A stretch of 64,000 bases of DNA, from the NCBI RefSeq assembly GCF_026210795.1, contig NC_089429.1:4526001-4590000 (forward strand), written 5' to 3'. This document shows, piece after piece, positions 1 through 13,560 of this stretch. The stretch's first letter is position 1. Each line of letters begins with the position of its first letter. The notes under the pieces are model-generated. The model was not told where the DNA came from. It did no database searches and saw nothing but the letters and a program-made list of their open reading frames with translations. Origin of the DNA: Rhizophagus irregularis (taxonomy: Eukaryota). Position numbers and translations under genes: made by a program.

Positions 1-79
1 TCTGAATCACTTAATATTTATTTAAAAATATTCGTTCAATACAATATTAACATTTAATTAAATAATTTTTTAATTCTTA

Positions 80-995
80 GCAAGACGGATTATACCAGAT
101 CAATCAAGAAAAGTCCTCAACTGTTATAATTATTTTTATTTCCTTTAATTGTTAGTGACACGCATTTCTTTATTATATTCTATGTAAATTTATAAAATAA
201 GATTAGAAATGCATAGTATATGATAAATATACACTATCTACTAACGCCACGTTTTATACGTGACTGAACATAATACTAAACCTTAGCTATTATAATTATA
301 TATTACAATATTTGAAATTTATGAAATTGTATATAATTAATTAAAGTTGTGGATTATCGGAAAATAGTATTTTTAAATTTATCAGTCGAGTCAGTAGCAA
401 CTAATACGTTGCATTTTTTAGTAAGCCTTGCAAACTTTCAAATATAAATTACTTGAATCAAAAAGTCAATCAAGTATTAGTAGTTGATATCATAGAGCCG
501 CTAGAAACTAATATAATTGAAATATTAGGTTTAAATAATTTTTTAATAAAAATTTAAATAATATACGAGTGATACTAACGCCAATATACGATTATTGATT
601 ATTACTTGAGATGAGGATCAAAATTTATTGAGGATAATGGAAAGCTAGATATAATTTAGACTAAATGTTAGACCTAAACTGACGAATAAGCGTTTGTTCA
701 TATCTTAGTTCATATGCGAGCTATCATATTGGCAGCTTTCTTAACGTCATCAAAATTTTTTTGGAGAATTATCAAATTTCAAATGATTGTGAAAAACTTT
801 TGAAACTGAAATAGTATATGATATTATTATTTATGTAGTATGCAGTAGTAAATCTTGAAAGTATAAGAATATTAACTATGATTGTTTATTAAAAAATTTC
901 TCGCTTTACGGACAATGACCGAAAATACAAGAATAAACTAGTAATTTTCCAAATAATATCATTACGTCATAACAACCGAATTCAAATTCAAGATT
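80..995 (+). pseudogene. highly degraded BTB-SPRY relic
   Basis: Patches match the intact paralogs (caagtattagtagttgatatcatagagccgctagaa ~470; ttattgaggataatggaaag ~625; ccgaattcaaattc ~975) but there is no ORF. Confidence 0.5.
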
Positions 996-1949
996 ATAAA
1001 AAAAATGTTTTAATTATGGAAATTTCAAAATAAAAAATTTCCTATACCATCATTCTTATATTTACACGATTATTATTTTAAAAAAGATAATTCAAATAAT
1101 TTACTAATGTATTATCACATCATTCTATGTTGATAGAATCCTTTCGTAAGAAAAAATGCATCATATAATACACCTTGTATTTAATACATATGAAAACTAA
1201 AGATCGTAATAATATTTATAATTTTTTTTGCGAAGACCAGTGCGAATTACTTTATAGTAAGACGAAAAATTATAAAAAAAGAATACAGTTGTATCAAAAT
1301 TGACCCGATAATGCTACACGATTGTCATATTTCAATATGGCTAATACAGTAGTTGAGACGAATAGTTGTGCTAAAAAAGGTGTTGATTACGTTACGCTAA
1401 TAATATATTATACTCAATAGTGCGTATGTAAACCTTTTAAGTATGTAGAGTATGCAATATAAGAATTTTATTATTTAGCTTGTTAAATTAAAAATTAAAA
1501 AGAGTCGTATGCAATTAAAATCCAATTATAATTTCAATTTTTTTTTATTATGTTATATTTCGTATTCAAAATCTTCCATTCATACGTCTTCGGCAAGTTA
1601 GTATTCGCCATAGACATTAAAAATGCGAAGAAAAAGCAAAATATTCAACTCAATAATTTAAATAATGAATGTATTATTAACAATTCAATTATAGTATTAT
1701 TAGGCACGTACACGTACGTCGCACAGTTGTACAGTACAATAGTTTTTGTTATATATTACATAATAATAGATTCGCAAATTACATTTTTGTAATACTTCAC
1801 ATGACTATACTCCACTCATTTGACCAATCGGACTCCACAACTTTCTGTATCACTCTACAGTACGTAATGGATGAGGCCACGTATGATGTACGACATAGTA
1901 CAAATCTAAATTTGTACAAAAACTTTATAAATAAGAACTCTAAATAGAC

Positions 1950-1980
<31 letters not shown>

Positions 1981-1989
1981 TTATAAGAA

Positions 1990-3411
1990 ATGACGAGAGG
2001 ATATTCATTAGAAAAAGATTTAAGTTTATTAATAAATAATCCAAAATATAGTGATATAGAAATTTTATGTGAAGATGAAAAGAAATTACATGGTTGTAGA
2101 GCAATTTTAGCTGCAAGGTCCGAAGTATTTGATAGATTACTTTATAATGGAATGAAGGAAAGTTATGAAACCAAAATTTCTTTTCCAAAGATTAATTCTG
2201 CCGGAATGGAAATTATATTAAAATATGTTTATACAGGATCAATTAAAAAAGAATACTTAACAAAAGATAATATAATCGAGGCATTTTACGCCGCAGACTA
2301 TTTTCAATTACCAGACCTTCAGGATTTTATTATAAAAGTTATCAAAAATTCGTTAGAAAAAAATCATTCAGAAAATTTTTTACCAGAATTATTATCTAAA
2401 TTTGTGGGTGAAATACTATTACTAGAAGATAACATTCTTCTAAATTTATTGGTTGAAATGGTAGCTAATATTTCATTAAATACAATTGAATTTGGTCGAT
2501 TGTCTATTGCAGGTCTTCAATATCTTTTATCATGTACGTATGAAAAAGAAACCCTCTTTGCAACTCCAGAATATGAAGCTTTTCGATATTGTGCTATTCT
2601 TGCAGCAAAACAAGTTTCTAATGATGCTCATAAAACTCTTATGGAACGGTTACCAACCCTTGAACAATTAGAACAATTAGGAAACTCTGTACAAGTAGAA
2701 AATAATTTATTTACTGATCATCAAAAAGTTGCTAAAGAATTGGAACCTTTAGTTGAATTTATTGATTTTAGACTAATTCAAGGTCAAGTATTAGTTGATA
2801 TCATTGAGCCACTAAAAATTGTTCCGGATAAAATTATTCTAAATGCATATCGATATAATACAAAATTAATTAATTCCGGCAAAAATTATACTCGAGGAGT
2901 ACCCATATCAAGTTGTTCCAATTGTGTTTGGGATGAGTTAGCATGTGGATCAAATCTTATCATTGAGGATAATGGAAAAGTTGTATATGCACCAAATTGG
3001 CTTAATTCATATGAAAGTGTTAGAGCTAATACGATTTTAGAAAATAAAATTGTTTTTGAATGGGATATTATTTTTGAGAAAACCTGTACAAGCATTTGTG
3101 TTGGAGTATGTGCATCAGAAAATTTTAATTATGAAGAACATGCAAAAGATCAACCTACTGGATGGGTATTAGGTCGTGGTGGTCATTGTGCTAATTTTGA
3201 AAGTTGGATTACTTATTGTCCGCCATTTGATGATGGCACCAAAGTTACTGTTCACTTAGATATGAACAAAAAAACTTGCGCTTTTACAGTCGATGGTACA
3301 AAATATCCGGAAGTATCAGGTTGGAATAATTTACCATCAAAGCTTTATCCAGTGGTATCATTAAAATACCCTGGTCGGCTTCGAATTCAGTCACATCAGA
3401 AAAGAGTTTGA
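1990..3411 (+). CDS. BTB/POZ-BACK-SPRY (B30.2) protein, intronless, 473 aa
   Basis: BTB motif YSDIEILC...AILAARSEVF...IILKYVYTG...AADYFQL; C-terminal SPRY with FEWDII, VGVC, VTVHLDM, KLYPVVS. Confidence 0.9.
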   Translation: MTRGYSLEKDLSLLINNPKYSDIEILCEDEKKLHGCRAILAARSEVFDRLLYNGMKESYETKISFPKINSAGMEIILKYVYTGSIKKEYLTKDNIIEAFYAADYFQLPDLQDFIIKVIKNSLEKNHSENFLPELLSKFVGEILLLEDNILLNLLVEMVANISLNTIEFGRLSIAGLQYLLSCTYEKETLFATPEYEAFRYCAILAAKQVSNDAHKTLMERLPTLEQLEQLGNSVQVENNLFTDHQKVAKELEPLVEFIDFRLIQGQVLVDIIEPLKIVPDKIILNAYRYNTKLINSGKNYTRGVPISSCSNCVWDELACGSNLIIEDNGKVVYAPNWLNSYESVRANTILENKIVFEWDIIFEKTCTSICVGVCASENFNYEEHAKDQPTGWVLGRGGHCANFESWITYCPPFDDGTKVTVHLDMNKKTCAFTVDGTKYPEVSGWNNLPSKLYPVVSLKYPGRLRIQSHQKRV

Positions 3412-4035
3412 TCGTAAAAATCTATTGATATTATTTTACAACTATAAATTAAACATTTCAATTCATGATTCAAATTATTAATATAATGAGAAATTTTTAA
3501 AAATTTTAATTTACCAAAATAAACTACGAAACACAGTTGGTTAGGATGCTCAATTATCCATGTTTTATTTTTTTAACATCAAAATGTAAGATATTAATCA
3601 TTTTCTTAATAAACGGATTTTGAATCACTTAATTACATCATGTTAGTTCATCATCCATAAAGATAAAAGAAATAAATAAATAAAATATTAATAATTTTGT
3701 ATAGTTACTAATCAGTTGAGTCATTACTAGCAAAATGATGGTCGTTAGACAATATTTTTAAATAAATATTAAATGCATTTTTAAGTTAAATTGAATGATA
3801 ACCAAAAGTATAGTAGTCCTCGTAAAATTGCAATATTTCGGACATTTAATTTATTTAAAGAAATTAATAAAAAGATTAATCATTTGAAAATCATTGTAAT
3901 CACCTAGCCATCATGACAATGTATGAATAGAAGAGCTGCAGACAATATCTATTCAATATTCATATGATATATAAATATTTAGTGTAATCCAAAACTATTT
4001 CTATTCCTAAAAAAAAAAAAATTTTTTCAAAAAAA

Positions 4036-5379
4036 ATGACGAGAAGCTATTCATTAGAAAAGGATTTAGAATTATTAATAAATAATCCAAAGTATAGTGA
4101 TATAGAAATTCTATGTAAGGATGAAAAGAAATTATATGGTTATAGAATAATTTAGCAGCAAGATCTAAAGTATTTGATGAACTACTTTATAATAAGATCG
4201 AAAAGCAAATTTCATTTCCAACTATCAATTCTTGTGGAATGGAAATTATATTAGAATATATTTATACAGGATCAATTAAAAAAAATTCTTTAACTGAAGA
4301 TAATATGATTGAAGCTTATAATGCTGCAAATTATTTTCAATTATTGATCCTTCGAGATTTTATAAATAAAACCATTAAAAAATTTTTAAACCACCAGAAT
4401 TCTTATCTAAACTTGTAGAAATTATGCCTTTATCAAAAGATAGTAATGTTCAACTTAACTTATTAGTCAAAGAAATAGCATCTACTTTATTAAATAATAT
4501 TGAAATTGGTCGATTGTCTATTAAAGCTCTTCAATATCTTTTATTTTGTACATATGAAAAAGAAATACCTTTTGCAACACCAGAATACGAAGTTTTTCGT
4601 TACAGGGCTATTCTTGTAGCAAAACAAGTTTCTAATGATGCGTATAACTCTGTTATTAAACATTTACCAACCTTAGAACAAACAGAAAACTCTGTACAGG
4701 TAGAAAATAAAATTATTGTTGATCATCAAAAAATTGCTAAAGAATTGGAGCCTTTGATCGAATATATTGATTTCAGGCGAATAGCGAATAAAAAGAGCAC
4801 AATTTGATTTCATTGAACCATTAAAATTATTCCAGCTGAAATAATTCAGAATCAATTGATTTAAACTTAAACAATGTTCGAGGAATACCAATTTATAGAA
4901 TTAAATAATCTGAACTTTATTGGGATGAGTCAGCATGCGGGTCAGGTCTCATTATTGAGAATAATGGAAAAGTTGTAAGAGCATCAAGATCAAGTAGTAT
5001 TAGTCCAATGGGAAGCGTTAGAGCTAAAGTAATATTAGAAAATAATGGTATTTATGAATGGGACGTTATTATTGAGAAAGAATGTATACGGTACAGTGTT
5101 GGAGTATGTGATTCAGAAAAATTTAACTATGGAGTCTTTGCAGGAGATCAACCTAATGCGTGTGTATTGGATTCATACGGTCTTTATCTTATTAATTTTG
5201 GAAATACCAAAATTACAGTTCATTTAGATATGAATAAAAGAACTTGCATTTTTACAATCGATGGTACAATGTATTCAGAAGTATCAACATGTAATAATTT
5301 ATCATCAAAGCTTTATCCAGTAGTATCATTGTATTATCCTGGTCGATTTCGAATTCAGTCTCATCAGAAAAGAATTTGA
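4036..5379 (+). pseudogene. BTB-SPRY pseudogene
   Basis: ATG at 4036 with the paralog N-terminus; frameshifts and stops break it into ORFs 4424-4807 and 5008-5379. Confidence 0.85.
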
Positions 5380-6719
5380 TTGTAAAAAATCTCATTTGGT
5401 ATCATTATTTTACGACTATAAATAAAAGATTTTAATTCGTGGTTCAAATTATTAATACAATGAGAAATTACAATTTAAACGTTCATTTCTTTTTAAAAAA
5501 AATACTACAAGAATAAACGATTGGTTATGGTGTTAAATTATCATCACTATTATCTTTATTTTAATTAATATAAATTTTTATTTTATTTTTAAACATTAAA
5601 ATATCATGAATTTTTATAAAAATTTTAATTAAAATTCGATCATGTGTAGCACATGCATATAAGCCAAATGTTTGATTTTCGGGTTACTTTTTTATACTAT
5701 ACTTCGTGAATCTCCAAAAAACTCGTAAATAGAATTAGATAAATCAACTTTTAGTTTAATCAAAGCCGGCGAAATTGTTAAAATTTATGCGTAGTTTCAC
5801 CGCTGGCATCTACAGTAATACTTAAAAACGAAAATATAAAAGAATTTTTTTTTCTGGCAAAAAAGTGAATACATGTTTCAAGAATAACATTTTATGATTT
5901 TTAGCACAATTGGAAAAATTTTATAGTACGGTATTTTGTATACGATTTCATTTTGTACTTACATCAGGTAATATTTTCCAAATACCCCTGTGGCAAAACA
6001 CATGGTATTTTCGGCACAGATCCACAAATTCGATGAGAGGATATATGGAAATGCATATATTTCTGAACCAATCTATGTGGAATTATATGAACTGATCTAT
6101 CTAAAAATTTCATGTATAAATAGATACTAACATATGGTTGCTGAATTACGAATTAAATCATTATTATTAAAGTACATTTTTAATTAAACTATATAAAATA
6201 GAATAATTGTAACCAACAGTATAGTAATATAAAAATTTAGTGAGAATTAATGTGCAATTTAGCAAGATAAGTTGTAATGGAATGAAGAAAAGTCACGTAA
6301 AACAAATTTCTTTTCCAATATTTTAGTATTGGAAATACTCGAATTTACTTTATCCTTAATAATCAATCAAGAAGAATTTTTGATATAAATAATAATGCTG
6401 TAGGATATTGGTTGAAGATGCTTTTTGGTTATATTTATCTATTAATCATCCAAAATTAACCATTCCAAAATTATCTTACCACTATAATCATTTATAATGA
6501 ATAATATGATCAAAATAATGTCATACAATAATTACGTACATGGATAGTAATTAGAAAAAGAACAAATGATTTATAGAATATTTGATAATCAATCAATTCT
6601 AATCAAAACCTGTTTTTCTATTGTCTTCTATTTAAATCGTCAACAATTTTGAATTAATACTGATAAGCTGCAGCAAATATTTTCCCAACAAAAAATTACT
6701 CTTACCATTTAATTATGAA

Positions 6720-7230
6720 TAGTGCTCTCGCACGAGCTGTGCCAGCTCGAGCCAGCAGGACCCCGAAATATATATGTAGAGGTCAGGTCCAGAAGTGGTC
6801 CAAAATACGCATTCTTTCAGGGCCGGAATTACGATAATTTCAGCCATTATCTAAATTAGAAAATATTATTTTGGCTGGGATTATCCATAAAAGGAATGAT
6901 CTACATGATTTTTTTGACTCATTATACGCAAACTCTGACCTGACCTTTTATGTATATTTTGGGGTTCTGAGCCAGCTCGTCTTGTGAGCCAGGTATATCA
7001 AGCCAAGCCGAGCTGCGGCTTGCAATCAGTTAAGCTCGGTTCGCGAGCTCTGAGGCTAAGCAAAAATTATATTTGCATAGGTGATCATCAGCTGATCACT
7101 TCGCAAAATCCATAATTAAAAATCTATTAAATCGTCAAGCTTGAGCCAAGCTACCTAAGACTTGGCTCTGCTCAACTTTAGGTTGGCTTGAAATAAGCTG
7201 AGCTCGGCCATTATAATCGAGCCAAGCCCA
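6720..7230. mobile_element. hAT-like non-autonomous element remnant with GAGCC/GAGCT subterminal repeats
   Basis: GC-rich patch starting TAGTGCT with many gagcc/ggctc/gagct motifs; second terminus not found. Confidence 0.4.
6756..6969. mobile_element. 214-bp MITE nested in the previous element
   Basis: ~34-bp imperfect TIRs (CAGGACCCCGAAATATATATGTAGAGGTCAGGTC / GACCTGACCTTTTATGTATATTTTGGGGTTCTG); AGCCAG on both flanks (6-bp direct repeat). Confidence 0.7.
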
Positions 7231-7981
7231 CAATAAAATTATTACTATAAAGCTTAAAATATTATAATATGAAATGTGATGTAAAAAAATTTAATATAAT
7301 AATAATTTCATTTATTCACAAAACTTTATAAAATGAGCAAAATATTATTCATATAATTAGAACATAACTTCAAAAATCCATTTGTGTTTTGAAATAATTC
7401 TGTAAATCAATAAGTATGAAAATAAGATTAGAAAAATTCAATTTTCGTTAGATTTGGCTATTAGATTGTTTTATTTAAAATCTGCAATAGATAGTTATAA
7501 ATTCTTTTGTTTTAAAATAAACTTCGTAACATTTACATACAAAACTTATACAGTTTTGTTTATTTATTGAATGAAAAATAATTTTTTAGGATTCAAATAA
7601 AGTAAAATACGAGTGGAAATTTATGAACATTTTTATTATGAAATTACTTTATAGTCAGGAGATTACATTCTTAAAAATTCTTAAATTTATTGGTAGGCAG
7701 GGTAGGCAGATCATCCTCTTTGTAACTTTTAAATAAAATTCACTCGAATTCAAAAGTCAACCAAGTATTAATTGATATCGGGCTTTGTCCAATAATATCT
7801 TTACGTTATAGCGACCGAATTCAAATTCGGATTAAAAAAAAAATGTTTAATTGTGAAAATTCAAAATAAAAAACTTCTTATGCATTATTATTTTTATAAA
7901 AAAAGATAATTCTGATGATACTCTATGTAAGAAAAATGCATATAATAAACGTAATAGTTATTTCACGGGGACTGTGGATAT

Positions 7982-8486
7982 TGTTACTATCGATTTGCGT
8001 CAGGGTCACGTGATAGTAACGGAAATTCATGTCACGTTTATCGTAAAATAAAATGAAATAAAGTATATATGTAAAATTAAGAGTTATATGTATGATTTTA
8101 AAGTGTATATTTATTCAATGTAAATAATAACTTAAAATAATCAAGCAATACAATAAATAAATGCTAATACATAATAAATTCATAAATAATATCAGAATAG
8201 AATATTGCTGCCTCTGCCGGCGATCTGCAATATTACCGAATAAACTATACTAAAATTTAACACTAAATAAACCTTAATTATCCCCTATCCCCCACTGTTC
8301 GCCCGCTCTATATATATTGTTCAAAAATTCGGTATAAATTATACTATGTATAAGTTAAACTTCGTATAAATTATACCAAGTATAAATTACACTTAGTATA
8401 AACTATACAAAGTATAAGTTACACCATTACACTGCGGATCGCTGCTAATTTCTTGAACTTTCCATGTGGCACAGATCCGCGTAACA
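7982..8486 (-). repeat. 3' LTR (505 bp)
   Basis: Differs from 15363-15867 at 4 positions; preceded on the minus strand by PPT AGGGGGG (~8491-8497). Confidence 0.95.
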
Positions 8487-9136
8487 TCAGCCCCCCTAGA
8501 AAGGGTGAGCTCCTGCGAGCCCTGTATTAAGATCAGGGTTTCGGCTTCACGCAACTGGCGAGCAATCGGTAGTAATTGACCATAAAATTCGTCTTCCTTC
8601 ATTTGGTCAAGGTGATGTGGTCGTATATAGGTTACTGCATACAAATTAGCCAATCCTCTCGCCTGGAACAATTCGTATACACGCTTAGCCGTCTTCTTAA
8701 ATTCACTAGCGCCTTTATTGGTGCTGAATAACTCTCTTATTCGCCGGGCATCTTTCTTCTGCCATCCTCGTAGAGTTAGAACTTCCCCTAAATAATAAAA
8801 GGTCTCTATTCTATGTAATGTTTTTCGCCTATGGAAGGAGGGTTGTTGCGTTAAATGTAATAATGTTTCTAATCGTTGTTCATCATCCTGTCCTACATAA
8901 TCCGGTACAGGAATAGTTGTCACTCCTTCCTTTCGCAAATCCTCCACACATTTTTCCAAAACAGTTGCACAATTCCCAATAAAATCGTATAGATGAATTT
9001 CCTGTATTCCAAAATTATTACTGAAAAGGATCCGGTCAGAATCAATCGTAAGAACATCATTAGGTCGCCTTTCGTGTAACTAATGTTGTAGAAAAATCTT
9101 TAATTGCCGGATAGTTTTCTTAGAATATGTCTCCAT
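8393..9136 (-). pseudogene. extra retrotransposon ORF downstream of integrase, unknown function, one internal TAG
   Basis: ATG 9136 METYSKKTIRQLKIFLQH*LHERR... is in frame with the 188-aa ORF 8959-8393 and runs into the 3' LTR. Confidence 0.65.
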
Positions 9137-9237
9137 TTTTACGTCAAAATGACTCCATTCTGGCGTCCCTTTTATATTTTCCTATTTTTCTGGAAAATTG
9201 TAGAAGATTCATGTCGTATCCTGCATTGTTTGATTAC

Positions 9238-10503
9238 CTAATCGTCGCTGTTCACTCTCCTTTCAAAATATGGAAGGAGATGATTTGCGTTTACTAATTT
9301 CTTACGTAAGCGACCATCCATTGTCCGCAGCTTATAGGTTCCATTCGGTCCTATATCGTGTATGTAGTAGGGTCCGTTCCACTTCGGATCCAATTTCCTG
9401 GCCTTAAAATTCCGAAGTAGCACTCTATCGCCGATTTGTTATCGATGTGGGCGAACTTTCTTCCCATATTGCTCAACTTGTTTTTCTTGGGATCGGTGAA
9501 TATTTTGCTGCGCCTTGCGATGATCTTCTTCCAGTGGTCCAATTATCTGATATAGTCGCTTAAAATATGTTGCTGTAAGGTCTTCAACTTGTTCGGAACT
9601 ATCAGGTTGACTAGAGATTTGTAATTCAATCGGTATAGTAGCCTCTCTCCCATACATCAAATAGAAAGGCTCATAACGGGTCGTGTTCTGTCGCATGGTG
9701 CGATAGGCAAACAAGGCGGATGGGAGGTAGACGTCCCAATCCTGCTGATATTGGTCAGAATACTTGGCCAAAAGTTCGCACAAGGTCCGATTGAACCTTT
9801 CGACCAACCCGTTCGTCTGTGGATGGTAAGCAGTGGATAACCGATGTTTTACTCCCAGCCGATTACATAACGAATCCAGAAGTTCATTAACGAAATGAGT
9901 TCCTTGGTCAGTTAGGAGTTCCTTTGGGCAACCATGCCGACAAATGATATCGTCATAGAAAAACGGAACCACCGAAGCGGCCTTAGCATCTGGAAGGGCA
10001 CGAGCTTCCGGCCACTTCGTTAAGTATTCAGTGACCACGACGATATACCGATTTCTGGTTCGCGTTATTGGTAACGGTCCCACAATATCCATTCCGATTC
10101 GATCGAAGGGTCTTCCTACCTTGATGGGATGTAACGGTTCCGATTTTATTGGCGGTTTCCGTTTTTGACATATTTCACAGGTCTGCACATATTGTTTAAT
10201 ATCGTCTTCCATCTGCGGCCAATAGTACCTTTCACTAATGGTCCAATAGGTTTCATTAAATCCAAAGTGTCCGGCTAATGAATCACTATGGAAATTATAT
10301 AAAATCGGTTCCACCTCGCTAAGTCGAAGGACCCGCAAAGGTCTTTGAGGGTTCCGATTATTTTTCTTGTATAAAATTCCATTAATAGAACAATAGTGTC
10401 GAGCTTTGCTTTTGAAACTACGGATTTGTGTGGAATCCATCGTTTCTGGTAGAACGAGATCATTCAGATATTGTAATAGTTGGTAATATAGCGTAATATC
10501 CAT
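9238..10503 (-). pseudogene. Gypsy integrase (HHCC, DDE core, GPY), one internal TAA at 9441-9439
   Basis: H..GHFG..CEIC zinc finger, IGMDIVGP, LTDQG, GLVERFN, WNGPY. Confidence 0.9.
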
Positions 10504-10587
10504 GGTTGGGTTAGATCAAGCCGTAATCTGATAAGAGGTGTCGTCCAGAAATACAATCCCGGTAAAATTTTACGATTTTGTCAATTC

Positions 10588-13560
10588 CTAATGTATTCGC
10601 GATAGACTGTCGACGTTCGTATGTTTCTTGCCAGCGCGGTGGATAATCTTGAAATCGTAGGGTTGGAGTTTCATGACCTAGCGGGCCAATCTTCTGGTAG
10701 GAGTTGCCGAGTTAAAAAGATAACACAATGCTGAATGATCCGTTATAAGAGTAAATCGCTTTTCATGTACATAAGGGTGGAAGTGTCCAACGGCCCACAC
10801 AACCGCTAAACACTCAAGTTCGGTAGCCGAATAATTCCTTTCGGCTTTGCTCAATGTCCTACTTGCATATGCAATGACTCGCTCGAATTCGTCTTCGTCC
10901 TTCTGAGCGAGGATAGCGCCCAATCCCAAAGTTGAAGCATTCGTCAATAAGATGAATTTTTCGTCAAACTTCGGGTATGCGAGAATAGGCGCTTGAACTA
11001 AATGCGTCTTCAATAAGTCAAACGACTGTTGTTGCGCCTCAGTCCATACAAAAGGACTGTCCTTTCTTAATAACTTATTTAAGGGATTTGCGATCTTTGA
11101 GAAATCTTTGCTAAATCGTCGATAATAAGACGCTAATCCCAAAAATCCACGCAATTGGGTGACGTTCCGAGGTATCGGAAAGTTTTCCACCTTTTCGATT
11201 TTCGTGGGATCGGTGCATATTCCTTTGGAACTGATCACATATCCCAGAAACGATAGTTCTCTTTTTATGAAATAACATTTCTCGGGATTCAGTTTCAATC
11301 CGGCGTTCTTAAGTCGGTTGAATACATTCCTTAAATGTTCCAGATGTTTTTCGAACGTTGTTGAATATACGTTCAAATCGTCAAGGTACACCACCACGAA
11401 ATCCCATAGTATCCCCTCCAATATCCCGTTCATCAATCGCTGGAAGGTTGCCGGTGCATTACACAAGCCGAACGGCATCACCAGGAATTGATAGGTACCA
11501 TACTGGGTAATGAAAGCCGTTTTCTCTCTGTCCTTGGGATCAACTTCGACTTGCCAGTAGCCGCTGGCTAAGTCCAACGAAGTGTATTACGATACATGTC
11601 CTAAGGCGTCGAGCATATCGTCTATTCGTGGTAACGGATAAGAATCCTTTTTTGTGACTTGATTCAACTGACGATAGTCCACGCAGAATCGCATTTTCCC
11701 ATTCTTTTTCCGAACCAAAACAACAGGAGATGCCCATGCGCTTTTGGATTTTTCGATGAGCCCTTGCTTCAGCATCTTTTGGATTTCTTCAGCTATGAAT
11801 TGTTGTTCGGTTCGGGACGTTCGGTACCACTGTTGTCGAATCGGTTTAGCATCTCCGGTGTTGATCGAGTGATACACTAAATCTGTCCGACCCAATTCCA
11901 CAGTTGTCCAAGCAAACAAATCCCGATACTGTTCAATCAACTTCTGAAATTCATTCCGTTGAGTTTTGGTTAGTTCTCCAACATTCGGTAGCTTTGATTC
12001 TCCCGCAAAGATATCGGTAATTTCATTATGTAAAAAGGGTAACGCAACACTCCGTTTCCTTATCTTTCCGATTTCTTGCCTTCCACAATAATAACATCCG
12101 ATGGCCTGTTGCTCATGCAGAATCGCATCAACATCTTTCGGTGTAAATTCGACTGATTCGAGGTCTTGTGATCGTTGTTCCTTTGTAGGCGGTTCATTCT
12201 CTTCAGGCGTAACTATACTCATCGTGGTGACGATTTGTTCCGGGACATTTTTCACTGCCGTATATAAAGTAAAATCATTTTGGCAGGTTTTACATCCTCT
12301 TGCTTTACCACATAGGCAAAGACTTTTGCCTTCATTTCCACAAATTTCTTTTCGAGCTTTTTCCAATTGGAACTTTCCGTCTAAATATCGGTAATAATTC
12401 CAATGGTAGAAGCTTCTTTGCAAATAAAACCCTTGATTGATGAGAACTAGATCCCCACTCGTCGTACTATTTTCTTTTTTCAGTCCAGACGATTTACGTT
12501 GCTTTAAAGTATCCGTACTGTCGCTTTCGAACTGATAGCAACAATAAACCTTTTCTTCTAATTCTTCCTCTTCGTATTCATCGTCAGACTCTTCCTCCTC
12601 ATCTCCATCATCATCGTCCTCTTCCTCTTCACTTTCAACTATCCTCGCCTCTTCCTCTTTTTGTTTTATCATTCGTTCGTGCGGCATCATCCGATATTCA
12701 ACAGGGATTTCCACTTCTCGGCCTTGCCAAGTGAACAACAACGTCGATGCCTTATAGTTTAACTGGGCTTGCACTTTCGATAGCCAATCGTTACCTACTA
12801 TGGCACTATAAGATTCGGTATCGATTACTACCACGTTGATAAGAACAGTAACGCCACCAACGGTTATCGGAAAATCCAGCACTTCACCCAATGGCCGTTT
12901 CTTTTCCCCGTTGACGTTTATCATCACAATTGCAGATGGTCGGTCTATCGCAATTCCCAAGTCATTCAACAGCTGACAGGTAACAATACTACCAGCTGCT
13001 CCTGTATCGACAATTAATGGGATTCTTTTCCCTTTTATCATGGCGTCGCAATACATTGCTGTCGTACTTTGTACGTCCTGATGAGCGAATTTAGCGCTTC
13101 TAGTCATTGGTTTCCGTAAACTTTTTCCAACGTCGCTTCGAAGCTTTGGTGATATCTGAAATAGTTGTCCGAAGGTAATGTTTGCTCGTTGCTATTGTAA
13201 ATCGGCAACTATGTTGTACGGTGGTATGTGAGCAGCTATTGACGGCTGAACCTTCGGTGTTTTCTTTTTCCGCACCGTAGCCTTCTTCTTTTTAATTTCG
13301 GTAGCCTGTTCTTTCGCATTGACGGTCATCGGCTCTCCTTCGCCAACATTATTAGTCGTTTGGATAGGAATCGGTATTGGTGCATACTGAGGATCTTCAT
13401 GAGCATTTTCCTCTTCGATTATTTCTTTATTCGGATATGGAGTACTTCGAGTCTTTGGTCTATTCCTTTGAGCAGGGTAGGCTTGGAACAAGGTTACATA
13501 CGAGGGATTTTGAACGGGTTTCGCACCTTCGCCCTCCAAAGGTGCACCTCCTAGTTTAAA
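10588..13560 (-). pseudogene. Gypsy pol: aspartic protease, RT, RNase H (3 internal stops)
   Basis: IVDTGA protease; [32 protein letters not shown] RNase H. The three ORF pieces share one frame. Confidence 0.92.
13510..13560 (-). promoter_or_regulatory. -1 programmed ribosomal frameshift signal (U UUA AAC plus stem/pseudoknot)
   Basis: TTTAAAC directly before the gag TAG; GCACCTT/AAGGTGC stem 8 nt downstream; the -1 frame reads into pol. Confidence 0.8.

Larger units (their letters stand above)
6260..7830 (+). pseudogene. degraded BTB-SPRY relic interrupted by MITEs
   Basis: gtaatggaatgaagaaaagtcac...caaatttcttttccaa at ~6275; caagtattaattgatatc and gaccgaattcaaattc at 7760-7830. The same relic pattern occurs at 51870-52310. 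Confidence 0.45.
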
